From positions 123,539 through 187,538 of the forward strand of contig JBHHYI010000001.1 of assembly GCA_046757525.1 (NCBI GenBank): DNA of 64,000 bases, in the 5' to 3' direction. The notes beneath the pieces are model-generated. The model ran no database searches, was not told the DNA's origin, and saw only the letters and a list, made by a program, of their open reading frames with translations. Of this stretch, positions 63,897-64,000 are shown piece by piece. This DNA is from a bacterium. Its GTDB lineage: Bacteria > Zhuqueibacterota > Zhuqueibacteria > Oceanimicrobiales > Oceanimicrobiaceae. The stretch's first letter is position 1, and each line of letters opens with the position of its first letter. A program made the translations under genes and the position numbers.

Positions 63897-64000
63897 ATGA
63901 ATTGGCTAAGCAAGTTGAGATGGGCAGCGGTCGTGTTGTTCCTGTTCTTGCTCTCTTCGGCGCTCCTGGCGGACGTCACCAAAGAGAGCGAGACGAAGAT
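63897..64000 (+). CDS. Secreted protein, truncated by window end
   Basis: GAGGAGG RBS; MNWLSKLRWAAVVLFLFLLSSALLA signal peptide followed by DVTKESETK. Confidence 0.7.
   Translation, partial: MNWLSKLRWAAVVLFLFLLSSALLADVTKESETK

Noticed and set aside
1..64000. rRNA, tRNA, CRISPR arrays, transposases, integrases
   Set aside because: None recognised; intergenic gaps are short and show no repeat-spacer pattern

Overview
All credible genes lie on the + strand and fall into two large blocks, probably from a flagellated diderm of the FCB superphylum or a neighbouring lineage (KSB1/Calditrichota/Ignavibacteria-like; inferred from YPNPFNP-type C-terminal sorting tails). Block 1 (1-37.9 kb) is a sigma54-controlled flagellar supercluster: an NtrC-family activator, flgBC-fliEFGHIJ-motE-fliK-flgD-flgE-motAB-fliLNOPQR-(HD-GYP)-flhBAF-fliA, flgFGAHIJNKL, then a TPR protein and two TPR-glycosyltransferases. 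It has several oddities: no fliM, flhG or flgM at their usual positions; a FliK with three copies of the switch domain; FlhB NPTR instead of NPTH; a non-lipidated FlgH with a C-terminal hydrophobic tail; and a two-hairpin element in front of flgE. Block 2 (38.2-63.5 kb) is a dense respiratory island of 11 c-type cytochromes carrying 76 heme-binding motifs by hand count (70 CXXCH plus 6 CX3-4CH). It includes three distinct quinone-interface modules (Qrc/ACIII-like, Rieske/cytochrome b with a nonaheme partner, ImcH-like), periplasmic carriers, a porin plus 14-heme cytochrome pair, a lipoprotein cytochrome, and two multiheme cytochromes ending in type IX secretion (T9SS/Por) C-terminal sorting domains. 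The best candidate for an undescribed system is an extracellular electron transfer chain whose terminal surface cytochromes are delivered by T9SS. All calls are by motif recognition by eye; no database searches were run.
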